Shown piece by piece: positions 1-9,607 of a stretch of 64,000 bases of DNA. Below the pieces are notes generated by a model that ran no database searches, was not told where the DNA came from, and saw nothing but the letters and a program-made list of their open reading frames with translations. A program made the translations under genes and the position numbers. This stretch comes from Alphaproteobacteria bacterium (GTDB lineage: Bacteria > Pseudomonadota > Alphaproteobacteria > RF32 > CAG-239), in NCBI GenBank assembly GCA_045593845.1, contig JAZNXK010000011.1:11111-75110 (forward strand), read 5' to 3'. Every line of letters begins with the position of its first letter. Position 1 is the stretch's first letter.

Positions 1-3000
1 GCCACTACCTGTAGTTGTTGTACTGGTAACGGTTGCTCCTATTGAATCGTTGGTTGTGCGTGTGGTTGCCAAACTTAGTGTCGCGGTATAATTGGTAATA
101 GTATCCCCAGTAAAGGTTGTAGCAGTGAATTGATCAGCCCAATTATTAATCGGTCCAACATTTACCGTTGTAGTGCTACTGCTAACAACAGTAGTATCGG
201 TAAACTTTTTATTTAGTAAGCTTGATGTTAGTGCAAGCTGCAACTGGCTTTCGGTATTTCCATTGTATATAATCTGAATTTTGTCTCCATTATTTAAGTT
301 ACTTAAGCTACCCAAAGAATTGATGTTATTCAATGTGATAGTGCCGGATGAAGAATTTGTAGTTTTGAATAAGTCCGCAGTTTTATTAGTAAAATCAACG
401 TCAATATTGAATATTGTTGAGGAACTTGGATTGAAACCATAGAAATTATATGTGAGAACGCTGTCGTTGGCTGTATTAAATGTGAATCCTCCTGATGTAG
501 TGATAGTGCGGTTTGTAACATCATTGTATAGATTGAGAATACCTGTAGAATCTCCTGTTATCTCGCCAGTACTTTTAAGATTGTTATAGGTTTGAATTTC
601 TCCGTAAAAAGTCATAACACCATTATTTGTAACCGATAGATTTACAGGTTTATTGGAGTTAATATCTACCATTGTATTACTTCTTGTATTGTTTTGAAAC
701 AGGGTAGTTCCGTTATCAGCTCTAATTAAAATGTAACTGTTATTTGCCCCCTGTATTGCACCACCATTGTATTTGCTTGAGGCATGGTTGTTTGTAAAAG
801 TACTATTGGTTACAATGAGAACACCTTCGCCCATTACATAAATCGCGCCAGCACTATGTGTATCTGAGTTGTGATCAAATATAGAGTCATTTATATAAAC
901 CGTTCCTCCCCAAATCATAATTGCTCCGCCTGAATATTGATCATCGTAGGTATTTTTATTGTAGCTAAACGTACTATTTGAAATAGTTGCTCCTCCAGTA
1001 GCATGAATAGCTCCTCCTCCCCATCTGCTGGTATTGCTACTAAAGGTGCTGTTTTCAACGATAAAATTTTTGGAAGCAGATATTGCACCACCATACTTAG
1101 TTGCTGTATTTCCTATAAATGTGCTACTCGTTATCGCAGCATATTTCGAAAGCCCTACGGCTCCAGCACTTTCCGTTGTTGTATTGCTTGTGAATAGCAC
1201 ATTATTTACGTTTAGATTTCCATCGCTTTTGCTAATCGCTGCACCGCTACTTGAACGACTGCCGTTTTTAATTGTCATATTTTGCAAATTGAGTGTGGAA
1301 TTACTATTGTTAACTGTAAAACCACCTTTGTTGTTGAGGTCTAGGGTTGAGCGGTTGGATCCGGAAACAGTACCAGAAACGGTGAGTGTTCCGCTGACAA
1401 CTCCAATTTCGGTTGTGCTTGGAACAACATAACCAAGAGTGTAAACAGCTGTTGCGTCGTTGGTTGAAAATGTTCTGGTTTTTGGAGAAGATGCATGAGC
1501 AATGGCAACAATTGGCTCCACGTCAGGTGTAGAAACATCGCTTAATGTAAAAACGATAGAATCATTGCTAGTGCGTGTGCTACCAAGTCCAATTCCACTT
1601 ATATTTGCTGTTCCTATAGTAACCAAATCTGTCCAATAATTGTCTTCTTTAATACTACTGTAATTGATAGTGCTTAAACTGCTTACTGAAGAGCTTAGAG
1701 CCAGTTGCAAACTACTATTGCTATTAGTATTTGAAATGACTTGAATTGTATGTGTTCCCGCGGACAAATTCAAAAAATTAAGTTTATTCAGCGTTAGTGT
1801 GCCAGAAGATGTATTTGTGGTTTTGAAAACATCAGCTGTATTATTTGAGCTGCTAACGTCTATGTTGAATAAGGTTGAAGCGTTGGGGTTAAATGTCAAA
1901 AAGTTATAGGTCATAACACTGTTGTTAGCGGTATTAAATGTGAATGCACCAGATGTCGATACATCAGAATTCTTAATCTCGTTATAAAGGTTCAATGTCG
2001 AGCCGGAAGTGCCAGAAATAGCGGTGTCGAATCCGGAAATACCTGTGATATAGTCATAGAAAGTCATGGTACCGTTATTGGCAAGAGTAAGATTCAAAAC
2101 ACTGCCAGATCCATTTTGATAAATGGCTTGTTTGTCTGTTCCGGCTGAATCAACATAGTTGTTTTGGAACAATGTTGTGCCATTATCGGCTTTGATGGTG
2201 TTGGCGGAGCTTTGGAAATAGATTGCACCACCTTGAGCAATTCCGCCAACTGCACGGTTGTTAATAAATAGGTTGTTGGTGATGGTATTTGAAGTTGTAC
2301 CATAAATTGCACCACCTTGGGAACGCGTGGTACCGCTGGCAATGTTACCGCTAAAGGTGTTGTTACTGATGGTATTTGATCCATATGCATAAATCGCACC
2401 GCCAGAGCTATATGTACCGCTGGTAATATTACCGCTAAAAGTGTTGTTGCTGATGGTATTATTGGGAGATGATATATAAATTGCACCACCAATACTGTAG
2501 TTGCCTTTCGTAATATTACCGCTAAAGATGTTGTTACTGATGGTATTGGGATATGATATATAAATTGCACCACCCCTGGCATTATTTGTTGCGCTGGCAA
2601 TGTTACCGCTAAAGGTGTTGTTACTGATGGTATTTGATGCAATTGCATAAATCGCGCCTCCGCCACCATTGAAACTCATGACATAGTTGTTATTGAATGT
2701 ATTGTTGCTGATGGTGGTGTTAGATGCATAAATCGCACCTCCATAGGCTTGAGAGGCGCTGGCAATGTTGCTGCTGAAGGCGTTGTTACTAATGGTGCTG
2801 GTGATATTTGTATAAATCGCACCTCCATAGGCATAATTTGAGGCGCTGGCAATGTTGCCAGTGAAGGAGCTAAAACTGATAGTGTTGCTTCCGCCTATTA
2901 CATAAATTGCACCACCATAGATGGTAGAGGTGCTTATAGAACTGACAGTGTTTGATGTAAACAAGACATTGCTTATATTTAGATTTCCATATTTTTGATA

Positions 3001-5001
3001 AACTGCTGCACCATAAGAGCCCGAACCATTTTTTATGGTCATATCGGATAGATTTAGTGTTGAATCTGCTTTCGTAACATCAAATCCTTTCTTGCCGTTC
3101 AAATTTAGGGTTGAGCGGCTTGAAGCACCGATTACTCCATTAACTGTCAATGTCCCTACAACAGGGCCAACCCCTGTAACAGTGTTGTCAACATAGCCGA
3201 GAGTATATATGGAATTAGCACTGTTTGCAGTAAATGTTTTGACGGAATTTGTCATATCGTGAGCAACAACAACTATCGGGTCTTCCACAATTGTTTTGCT
3301 GGTTCCACCGTTTGCAAAGACGATGCTATCATTGGTAGTATATAAAGAAATTGTTTTTATTATTCTTCCGGTCCCTGTTGCGGTAATTGTTGTGGAAAAA
3401 GTGTCGTTCCAATTGTTATTTGCTTTGACTGTGCTTGATATCGTGACTGTTCCATTGCCTGTTGAGTATTGATTTAGCAAATTCTGTGATAAGGAAAGTT
3501 GCAAATTGCTATTCGGTGTATCAATAACTTTAATAATAGTAATTTCACTTGGATTATTTCCATTATAAAGATTTATGTTATATAGATTGATTGTGCCGGA
3601 AGAAATTTTGTCAGTTATGAATTGGTCTGCGGTTTTATTGCCTAGATTAATATCAATATTGAATAAGGTCGAAGCGTTGGGGTTGAATGTCAAAAAGTTA
3701 TAGTCCATAGTATTGCTATCGGCGGTGTTGAATGTGAATGCGCCGGAAGTTGAAACATCAGAATTTTTAATTTCGTTATAGAGATTTAAGATTGATCCAG
3801 AAGTACCGGAAATGACAGTATCGAATCCGGAAGTACCAGTGATATAGTCATAGAAAGTCATAATTCCATTGTTGGCAAGGGTAAGATTTAATGTGTTTGT
3901 CGCACCTGCTTGGTTTATAGCTTGTTTGTCTGTTTCGTAGCCAACGTAGTTGTTTTGAAAGAGTGTTGTGCCTGCGTCTGCTTTGACAGTGTTACCAGAA
4001 CCATAAAAATAAATAGCACCACCGATGCCTGCATGGTTGCCTATGAAGATATTGTTGGTAATGGTGCTTGAGTTGGTTGAATAAATTGCACCACCGTATG
4101 AACCGCTTATGTTACTACTGAATGTATTGTTGCTGATGATGTTTGAGCTACCGGTTATCGCTCCACCTTGAGATCTTGCCTCATTATTTGTAAAAATGTT
4201 GTTGCTGATTGTACTAGAACTACCGGTTATCGCTCCACCATAGGCTGATTGATTAGAAGTAAAAATGTTGTAAGTTATTGTGTTCCATTTTAATGAGCGA
4301 ATTGCACCTCCTGTGCCATCAAGAGCAGAAAGCCCATCATCTGTAATCGCTATAGTTTTATTACCGATAAATGTGTTATAGCTGATTATATTATTACTAG
4401 CCATACTGATAGCGCCGCCATAAGCATTGCTATTTCCCCAACTGTTGATATTAGTAGTTATGTATGATGATTGGTTATTGATAAATGTATTTGATGTAAT
4501 TACATTGCTCATTCCCCAAAGATTAATCGCGCCACCTCCGGAGGCCGCACCATTGGTATATGCATGTCCTATTTTACCATGAGCTATATTGTCGGTAAAA
4601 GTGTTAGAACTAATTATGCTACCGTTGCCTTGAATATATATTGCGCCGCCACGAACATGCGAACTTGTAGAGAGGGCTTGGTTACCTGTAAATGTGCTGG
4701 AGGTAATGGTGTTGGAATTCGAATACAAATAAACGGCACCGCCATATGGTGTCACTCCTGAGCTAGTATTATTTAAGAACGAACTGCGAAAAATAGTGGT
4801 TTTGCCACCTCGGTTGATAGCAGCTCCATTTGTTGTTTTGATCAAATTTTCATAGGTTTGATCACAATAGCAACCTGTGCCGCTGCAGGGGCAGGTTTGG
4901 GAATATGCATTTTTAGGGGAAACGAGACAAATAGCGACAACGCCCAAAGCACAAGCCTTAAGCGCTATACGCAAAGTATGTAGTAAAAGATTTTTAGTCA
5001 T
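1..5001 (-). CDS. Giant Pmp-type (GGA[IV]/FxxN) repeat surface adhesin, autotransporter-passenger-like. N-terminal 1667 codons only; continues past the left edge.
   Basis: My own translation of the minus strand from ATG at 5001..4999, with SD-like GAGGG just upstream. It begins MTKNLLLHTLRIALKACALGVVAICLVSPKNAYSQT (signal-peptide-like). More than 20 units follow of the form ..YGGAIY..(S/T)ISNNTFSGN.. The frame stays open to position 1, so there is no stop in the window. Track ORFs in this region (330..524, 1341..1538, 2094..2669) are all in a different minus frame. Confidence 0.85.
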   Translation of the reverse strand, partial: MTKNLLLHTLRIALKACALGVVAICLVSPKNAYSQTCPCSGTGCYCDQTYENLIKTTNGAAINRGGKTTIFRSSFLNNTSSGVTPYGGAVYLYSNSNTITSSTFTGNQALSTSSHVRGGAIYIQGNGSIISSNTFTDNIAHGKIGHAYTNGAASGGGAINLWGMSNVITSNTFINNQSSYITTNINSWGNSNAYGGAISMASNNIISYNTFIGNKTIAITDDGLSALDGTGGAIRSLKWNTITYNIFTSNQSAYGGAITGSSSTISNNIFTNNEARSQGGAITGSSNIISNNTFSSNISGSYGGAIYSTNSSTITNNIFIGNHAGIGGAIYFYGSGNTVKADAGTTLFQNNYVGYETDKQAINQAGATNTLNLTLANNGIMTFYDYITGTSGFDTVISGTSGSILNLYNEIKNSDVSTSGAFTFNTADSNTMDYNFLTFNPNASTLFNIDINLGNKTADQFITDKISSGTINLYNINLYNGNNPSEITIIKVIDTPNSNLQLSLSQNLLNQYSTGNGTVTISSTVKANNNWNDTFSTTITATGTGRIIKTISLYTTNDSIVFANGGTSKTIVEDPIVVVAHDMTNSVKTFTANSANSIYTLGYVDNTVTGVGPVVGTLTVNGVIGASSRSTLNLNGKKGFDVTKADSTLNLSDMTIKNGSGSYGAAVYQKYGNLNISNVLFTSNTVSSISTSTIYGGAIYVIGGSNTISFSSFTGNIASASNYAYGGAIYTNITSTISNNAFSSNIASASQAYGGAIYASNTTISNNTFNNNYVMSFNGGGGAIYAIASNTISNNTFSGNIASATNNARGGAIYISYPNTISNNIFSGNITKGNYSIGGAIYISSPNNTISNNTFSGNITSGTYSSGGAIYAYGSNTISNNTFSGNIASGTTRSQGGAIYGTTSNTITNNLFINNRAVGGIAQGGAIYFQSSANTIKADNGTTLFQNNYVDSAGTDKQAIYQNGSGSVLNLTLANNGTMTFYDYITGISGFDTAISGTSGSTLNLYNEIKNSDVSTSGAFTFNTANNSVMTYNFLTFNPNASTLFNIDVSSSNNTADVFKTTNTSSGTLTLNKLNFLNLSAGTHTIQVISNTNSNSSLQLALSSSVSSLSTINYSSIKEDNYWTDLVTIGTANISGIGLGSTRTSNDSIVFTLSDVSTPDVEPIVAIAHASSPKTRTFSTNDATAVYTLGYVVPSTTEIGVVSGTLTVSGTVSGSNRSTLDLNNKGGFTVNNSNSTLNLQNMTIKNGSRSSSGAAISKSDGNLNVNNVLFTSNTTTESAGAVGLSKYAAITSSTFIGNTATKYGGAISASKNFIVENSTFSSNTSRWGGGAIHATGGATISNSTFSYNKNTYDDQYSGGAIMIWGGTVYINDSIFDHNSDTHSAGAIYVMGEGVLIVTNSTFTNNHASSKYNGGAIQGANNSYILIRADNGTTLFQNNTRSNTMVDINSNKPVNLSVTNNGVMTFYGEIQTYNNLKSTGEITGDSTGILNLYNDVTNRTITTSGGFTFNTANDSVLTYNFYGFNPSSSTIFNIDVDFTNKTADLFKTTNSSSGTITLNNINSLGSLSNLNNGDKIQIIYNGNTESQLQLALTSSLLNKKFTDTTVVSSSTTTVNVGPINNWADQFTATTFTGDTITNYTATLSLATTRTTNDSIGATVTSTTTTGSG

Positions 5002-5060
5002 TTACCCTCGTTTCCAACACCTGCGACAATCCCTTGCCGCTATTTTTCCATTACTGTGTG

Positions 5061-5089
5061 AGTATACCATTTTTTGAGAGTAAAAACAA
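5061..5089 (-). promoter_or_regulatory. Candidate sigma70-type promoter of the adhesin gene
   Basis: Minus strand reads TTGTTT (5089..5084), a 17-nt spacer, then an extended -10 TGgTATACT (-10 at 5066..5061). It lies about 55 nt upstream of the ATG at 5001. Confidence 0.45.
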
Positions 5090-5101
5090 TAAAAATCGTG
5101 C

Positions 5102-5329
5102 CGAATCGGCCTCTGCGACTCGAACGAATCGGAAAACGAATCCCAGCAAGGCTTTTAAACGAATCGAAAATTTTAAAAAGTTGTGGAAAACTAACGATTT
5201 ACACTGAAAATAGAGTCTTTTTTTATTTTTCGAGTCGGCAATATGTTGTTTTTTCTAGCTTTTCGAGTCAATATATTTTTTAGTTTTTGACCTTTTTGGG
5301 AGGTTTTTGATTGCGATTCGTGTGAGTCA
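5102..5329. promoter_or_regulatory. Array of 9 CGA-N-TC(G) palindromic motifs upstream of the adhesin promoter
   Basis: CGAATCG at 5102, 5125 and 5160. CGACTCG at 5116. CGAATCC at 5137. CGAGTCG at 5231. CGAGTCA at 5264. CGATTCG at 5314. TGAGTCA at 5323. Two longer direct repeats TTTTCGAGTC(gg)CAATAT start near 5227 and 5260. Confidence 0.4.
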
Positions 5330-5368
5330 GGTATTGGGTTTTAAAAGGATTTAAAAATTGATTTTTTA

Positions 5369-5402
5369 TTAAAAAAATTCTGCCTCGCTTGGAGACAGAA
5401 TT
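5369..5402 (-). terminator. Intrinsic terminator downstream of fabG
   Basis: Stem aattctgcctc (5376..5386) pairs with gagacagaatt (5392..5402), with one G-T pair. On the minus strand it is followed by a T-run (plus-strand A-run 5371..5377). Confidence 0.6.
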
Positions 5403-5465
5403 TTATTGACTAATCGGTAGATCCCTTGACCAAAAACTGACGTTTTTGGAGGGATGACGATAAAA

Positions 5466-6203
5466 TTAAATCATAGCCATGCCGCCGTTGATGTTGATAG
5501 TCTGACCGGTAATGTATTGTGCTTCGTCACTGGCCAAAAAGACAACAACATTGGCAATATCTTGTGCTTCTCCCAATTTTGCTTCGGGTATCTTGGCAAG
5601 CAAAGCGGCCTTTACATCTTCTGGCAAAACGTCTGTCATCGGTGTGCGGATAAAGCCGGGAGCAATAGAATTGACCGTAATACCGCGAGAGCCGACTTCT
5701 TGTGCCAAGCATTTGTTCATGGCAATCATTCCCGCTTTTGATGCGGAATAATTGGCTTGTCCGGCGTTGCCCATAACACCTACAACCGAGGCAATACCGA
5801 TAATACGGCCGAAACGACGTTTCATCATACCGCGAACAGCTGCTTTTGCAAGTTTGAAACCGGCTGTGAGGTTTACATCCAAAACCAACTGCCAATCTTC
5901 GTCGCTCATGCGGATAAACAGATTATCTTTGGTCAAACCGGCATTGTTTACCAAAATATCAATGCGACCGAATTTAGCTTCAACGTCTTTTACTAATTGA
6001 GAAATGGAATCTGAATCTGTCAAGTCGGCAGTGAAAATTTCTACCCTGTCACCGAGTTCTGCTTTCAGTTTTTCCATGTTGTTGGTTCTGCAATCGGTCA
6101 AAGCCAAGGTTGCGCCCTGTGCATGCAAAGTGCGAGCAATTTTGTCGCCCAAACCGCCGTTTGCTCCGGTAATAAGTGCAACTTTATCTTTTAATTCAAA
6201 CAT
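5466..6203 (-). CDS. fabG: 3-oxoacyl-ACP reductase
   Basis: SDR motifs TGANGGLG, NNAG and YSASKAG. 245 aa. Located immediately downstream of fabD. Confidence 0.9.
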   Translation of the reverse strand: MFELKDKVALITGANGGLGDKIARTLHAQGATLALTDCRTNNMEKLKAELGDRVEIFTADLTDSDSISQLVKDVEAKFGRIDILVNNAGLTKDNLFIRMSDEDWQLVLDVNLTAGFKLAKAAVRGMMKRRFGRIIGIASVVGVMGNAGQANYSASKAGMIAMNKCLAQEVGSRGITVNSIAPGFIRTPMTDVLPEDVKAALLAKIPEAKLGEAQDIANVVVFLASDEAQYITGQTININGGMAMI

Positions 6204-6223
6204 ATCTTTTTCCTTTGCTGTTG

Positions 6224-7186
6224 TTATAAATTATTTGCCAGTTCTTCAATTTCTGAAGGTGTGCAAATTGAGGTTGTGTTTATATCTTTGTAGCCGCGCT
6301 TTATCATGCCAGATAAAACTTTTCCGGCTCCAAGTTCATAGATATCGGTTATGCCTTGTGAATGCATATAGGCTATTGTTTCGCGCCAACGAACAGAACC
6401 AGTGATTTGCTCAATCAAATGCTTGATTATCTCCTTTGATTCCGTGATAGGTTCGGCCAATACATTGGCTATTAGAGGAATTTCGGCATTGTTGGCCTGT
6501 ACTTTCATAAAGGCGCGAGCCATGGTCTCGGCCGCCGGTAACATAAGAGGACTATGAAACGGTGCACTAACGGGCAATTTTATGCATCGTTTGGCACCAA
6601 ATTCTGCTGCAATTTCTACCGCTTTGTCAACTGCGGGCATATGTCCGGATATAACAATTTGTCCTTCGGCATTATCGTTGGCGGCAACACAAATATTGTC
6701 CTTGTCAGCGCATGCTTCTACCAAAGCTTGGACATCATGATAAGAAAGTCCGATAACCGCAGCCATACCGCCAACTCCCAGAGGAACAGCCTTTTGCATA
6801 GCCTCGCCTCTGGTGCGTAACAAACATGCCGTATCTTCCAGAGAGAACACCCCTGAAGCACAGGCGGCAGAATATTCTCCCAATGAGTGCCCCGCTACAA
6901 AAGTTGCTTTGTCTTTGAGTTTTATTCCAAAGTCTTTTTCCAAAACATTGACAACAGCCATGGAAACTGCCATTAAAGCCGGCTGTGCGTTTATGGTCAT
7001 AGTCAGCTCATAGTCCGGTCCTTCGGTCATTAAGCGATATAAGTTCTGATTGAGTGTATTATCAACTTCTTGAAAGATTTCCTTTGCAGAGGCGAAGTTG
7101 TCAGCCAATTCTTTTCCCATTCCTACAAATTGTGAGCCTTGTCCGGGAAAAACAAAAGCGTTTTTCATAAAAAACCTCTTATCCAT
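6224..7186 (-). CDS. fabD: Malonyl-CoA:ACP transacylase
   Basis: Motifs FVFPGQGSQ and GHSLGEYSA. The more likely start is the second ATG at 7168, which has AGAGG 6 nt upstream. Confidence 0.9.
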   Translation of the reverse strand: MDKRFFMKNAFVFPGQGSQFVGMGKELADNFASAKEIFQEVDNTLNQNLYRLMTEGPDYELTMTINAQPALMAVSMAVVNVLEKDFGIKLKDKATFVAGHSLGEYSAACASGVFSLEDTACLLRTRGEAMQKAVPLGVGGMAAVIGLSYHDVQALVEACADKDNICVAANDNAEGQIVISGHMPAVDKAVEIAAEFGAKRCIKLPVSAPFHSPLMLPAAETMARAFMKVQANNAEIPLIANVLAEPITESKEIIKHLIEQITGSVRWRETIAYMHSQGITDIYELGAGKVLSGMIKRGYKDINTTSICTPSEIEELANNL

Positions 7187-7305
7187 TGTTATTTATGGTT
7201 TGTTTAAGCTTAAAAACCTTCAAAAGTCAAGTTAAAATCTTTTGTTAACCAACGATAAAGAATCTTTGAAGTATAATATCATACCGAATTGTCGGATAAC
7301 CCTTT

Positions 7306-9606
7306 TTGATGATAACGATTATGGCTAAAAAACAGAAAAAAAATTCTTTATACTACAAGATAAGCCGCAAAATATACGGTTTGCTTATGATTTGTGCATG
7401 CTTTTTGATTTGGGGAGCTTTGGCTTTCTATTCCGTAAACGACAGCTCTTTTAATTATGCGGGAGAGGCAACCAGTAACTATTTTGGCAGGTTCGGAGCT
7501 AATACTGCCGATATTTTGATTACGTCTTTCGGTTTTGCAGCACCATTGTTCCTTTTGGCAATTTGTGCTTGGGGATGGTTTTTATGTATTTTATCGCCGT
7601 TGAAAAATATGTATCTGCGTTTTCTGTCTTGGCTGGTCGGTTTATGTCTGGCAGCCTTTGCTTTCAATGCTTTCAAATTGGGAGGAGATCTCGGAAAGTT
7701 ATTGAGTTTATACCTGTTCAACAACATCCCTGTTTTTGTTTATAGAGTTGAAATAATTTCCGCAATTGCTGCTGTTTTGGCCTTTTGTTTATTGAGTTTT
7801 GCTTCTGGTGTACAATTAAAATTTTGGATAACGAGCTTTATAGAAATTATGCTCGCGATATGGCACGGATTTACCGGATTTTTCAGTATGCTCAAAACTT
7901 TTTACAGAAAAATCAGATTGATAAAGTTTGAAAGGAAACAAAAACAAGAAAAAATAGAACCTGTTTTTACTATGTCGGAAGGCGAATCTTCTGTTGAAAT
8001 ATCTGTCCCGATAATTAAAGAGCCGAAAATTAAGGTTTCTTTGGAAGCTAAATCTAAATCGGAAAATAATAATAAAAAGGTTGTTAAGCACCCATCGTCT
8101 GCAGATGGATATGTTTATCCAAGCATTGATTTACTTTCCAGACCTTCTAATAACAATGCCGGTAGTGTAAGTGATAAAGAACTTGAGGATACGGCAAAAA
8201 AATTAGAAAATGTTTTGCAAGAGTTTGGCGTTAATGGAAAAATTGTAAAAATTCGCCCCGGGCCGGTTGTAACATTATATGAACTTGAGCCTGCACCGGG
8301 AACAAAAACTGCAAGAGTTATCGGTCTTTCTGATGATATTGCTCGTTCTATGTCTGCTGTTTCTGTTAGAATCGCTGTCGTTACCGGAAAGAATACAATA
8401 GGCATAGAGTTACCAAATGGCACGAGAGAAATAGTTTGGTTGAAAGATTTATTTGAAGGTGAGGGATTTATAAATTCGAAATATGCACTAAATGTTGTTT
8501 TAGGTAAAGATATCGGAGGTGAGAACGTTTATGCTGACCTCTCAAAAATGCCCCACTTATTGGTCGCAGGAACCACAGGTTCTGGAAAATCCGTCGGAAT
8601 GAACTCTATGATTTTATCATTATTGTATAAAATGCGACCTGATGAATGTAAGCTGATTATGATTGACCCAAAAATGCTTGAGTTTTCTGTTTATAATGGG
8701 ATACCTCACCTTTTGACTCCGGTTATTACTGATCCTGCAAAGGCTGTTTTGGGTTTGAAATGGGCTGTTACTCAAATGGAAGAGAGATATAGAGCTATGG
8801 CTCAACTTAATGTGCGTAATATTTCAGGTTATAATAAGCGTTTGGAAGAAATACGTAACAGCGGAGAAAAACCGGTAAGAACCGTACAAACAGGATTTGA
8901 TATGGAAACCGGAGCTCCAATTTATGAGCAGCAGGAAATTGACCTTACCCCTCTACCCTATATTGTGATTGTCGTTGATGAAATGGCTGATTTGATGTTG
9001 GTTGCAGGAAAAGAAGTGGAAGCAGCCATTCAACGCTTGGCACAAATGGCACGTGCAGCAGGAATTCACCTTATTCTTTCCACTCAAAGACCTTCCGTTG
9101 ACGTTATTACCGGTGTTATCAAAGCAAACTTCCCGACCAGAATAAGTTTTCAGGTTACTTCAAAAATTGATAGTCGGACTATTTTGGGAGAGCAAGGCGC
9201 GGAACAGTTGCTCGGTATGGGTGATATGCTTTATATGCCGGCTGGACAGCGGCCTATCCGCGTCCACGGAAGTTTTGTAAAAGACAGTGAAGTAGAAGCT
9301 ATTGTTGAATATCTGAAATCACAGAGCAAGCCGGAGTACATTGAAGGAATTACCGAAGGCGAATTAAATACAAAAGACGCTGGTGCGGTTTTTGATAAGA
9401 CTTCAATGTCAGCTGGAAGTGGTAATGATGAAGACTTATATGCTCAAGCGGTTGAAATTGTTAGAAATGACAAAAAGACTTCCATCAGCTATGTTCAAAG
9501 ACGTTTGCGCATCGGATATAACCGCGCAGCTCTATTGATTGAACGAATGGAAGAAGATGGCATAATTTCTGCCCCTGATCACACGGGAAAACGTATGATT
9601 ATATAG
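7306..9606 (+). CDS. ftsK: DNA translocase FtsK
   Basis: N-terminal TM segments, a linker, Walker A GTTGSGKS, and a C-terminal gamma-domain-like SYVQRRLRIGYNRAA. The start may be MAKKQKK at 7321. Confidence 0.9.
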   Translation: MMITIMAKKQKKNSLYYKISRKIYGLLMICACFLIWGALAFYSVNDSSFNYAGEATSNYFGRFGANTADILITSFGFAAPLFLLAICAWGWFLCILSPLKNMYLRFLSWLVGLCLAAFAFNAFKLGGDLGKLLSLYLFNNIPVFVYRVEIISAIAAVLAFCLLSFASGVQLKFWITSFIEIMLAIWHGFTGFFSMLKTFYRKIRLIKFERKQKQEKIEPVFTMSEGESSVEISVPIIKEPKIKVSLEAKSKSENNNKKVVKHPSSADGYVYPSIDLLSRPSNNNAGSVSDKELEDTAKKLENVLQEFGVNGKIVKIRPGPVVTLYELEPAPGTKTARVIGLSDDIARSMSAVSVRIAVVTGKNTIGIELPNGTREIVWLKDLFEGEGFINSKYALNVVLGKDIGGENVYADLSKMPHLLVAGTTGSGKSVGMNSMILSLLYKMRPDECKLIMIDPKMLEFSVYNGIPHLLTPVITDPAKAVLGLKWAVTQMEERYRAMAQLNVRNISGYNKRLEEIRNSGEKPVRTVQTGFDMETGAPIYEQQEIDLTPLPYIVIVVDEMADLMLVAGKEVEAAIQRLAQMARAAGIHLILSTQRPSVDVITGVIKANFPTRISFQVTSKIDSRTILGEQGAEQLLGMGDMLYMPAGQRPIRVHGSFVKDSEVEAIVEYLKSQSKPEYIEGITEGELNTKDAGAVFDKTSMSAGSGNDEDLYAQAVEIVRNDKKTSISYVQRRLRIGYNRAALLIERMEEDGIISAPDHTGKRMII

Positions 9607-9607
9607 T

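Noticed and set aside
330-2669. Track ORFs 330..524(-), 1003..1197(+), 1034..1432(+), 1341..1538(-) and 2094..2669(-) inside the first 5 kb
   Set aside because: All are out of frame or antisense to the continuous Pmp-repeat frame (minus strand, codon starts at coordinates divisible by 3). Their low-complexity translations are repeat shadows.
5074-5283. 69-aa plus-strand ORF in the adhesin upstream region
   Set aside because: It has no RBS and a low-complexity C-terminus. It spans the CGA-N-TCG motif array and the minus-strand promoter, so the region is better explained as regulatory DNA.
5454-6405. Multiple overlapping ORFs on both strands across fabG (5454..5741, 5512..5751, 5527..5895, 5752..6000, 5757..5996, 6004..6405)
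   Set aside because: fabG and fabD on the minus strand carry unambiguous motifs. The others are shadows in a locally GC-richer gene.
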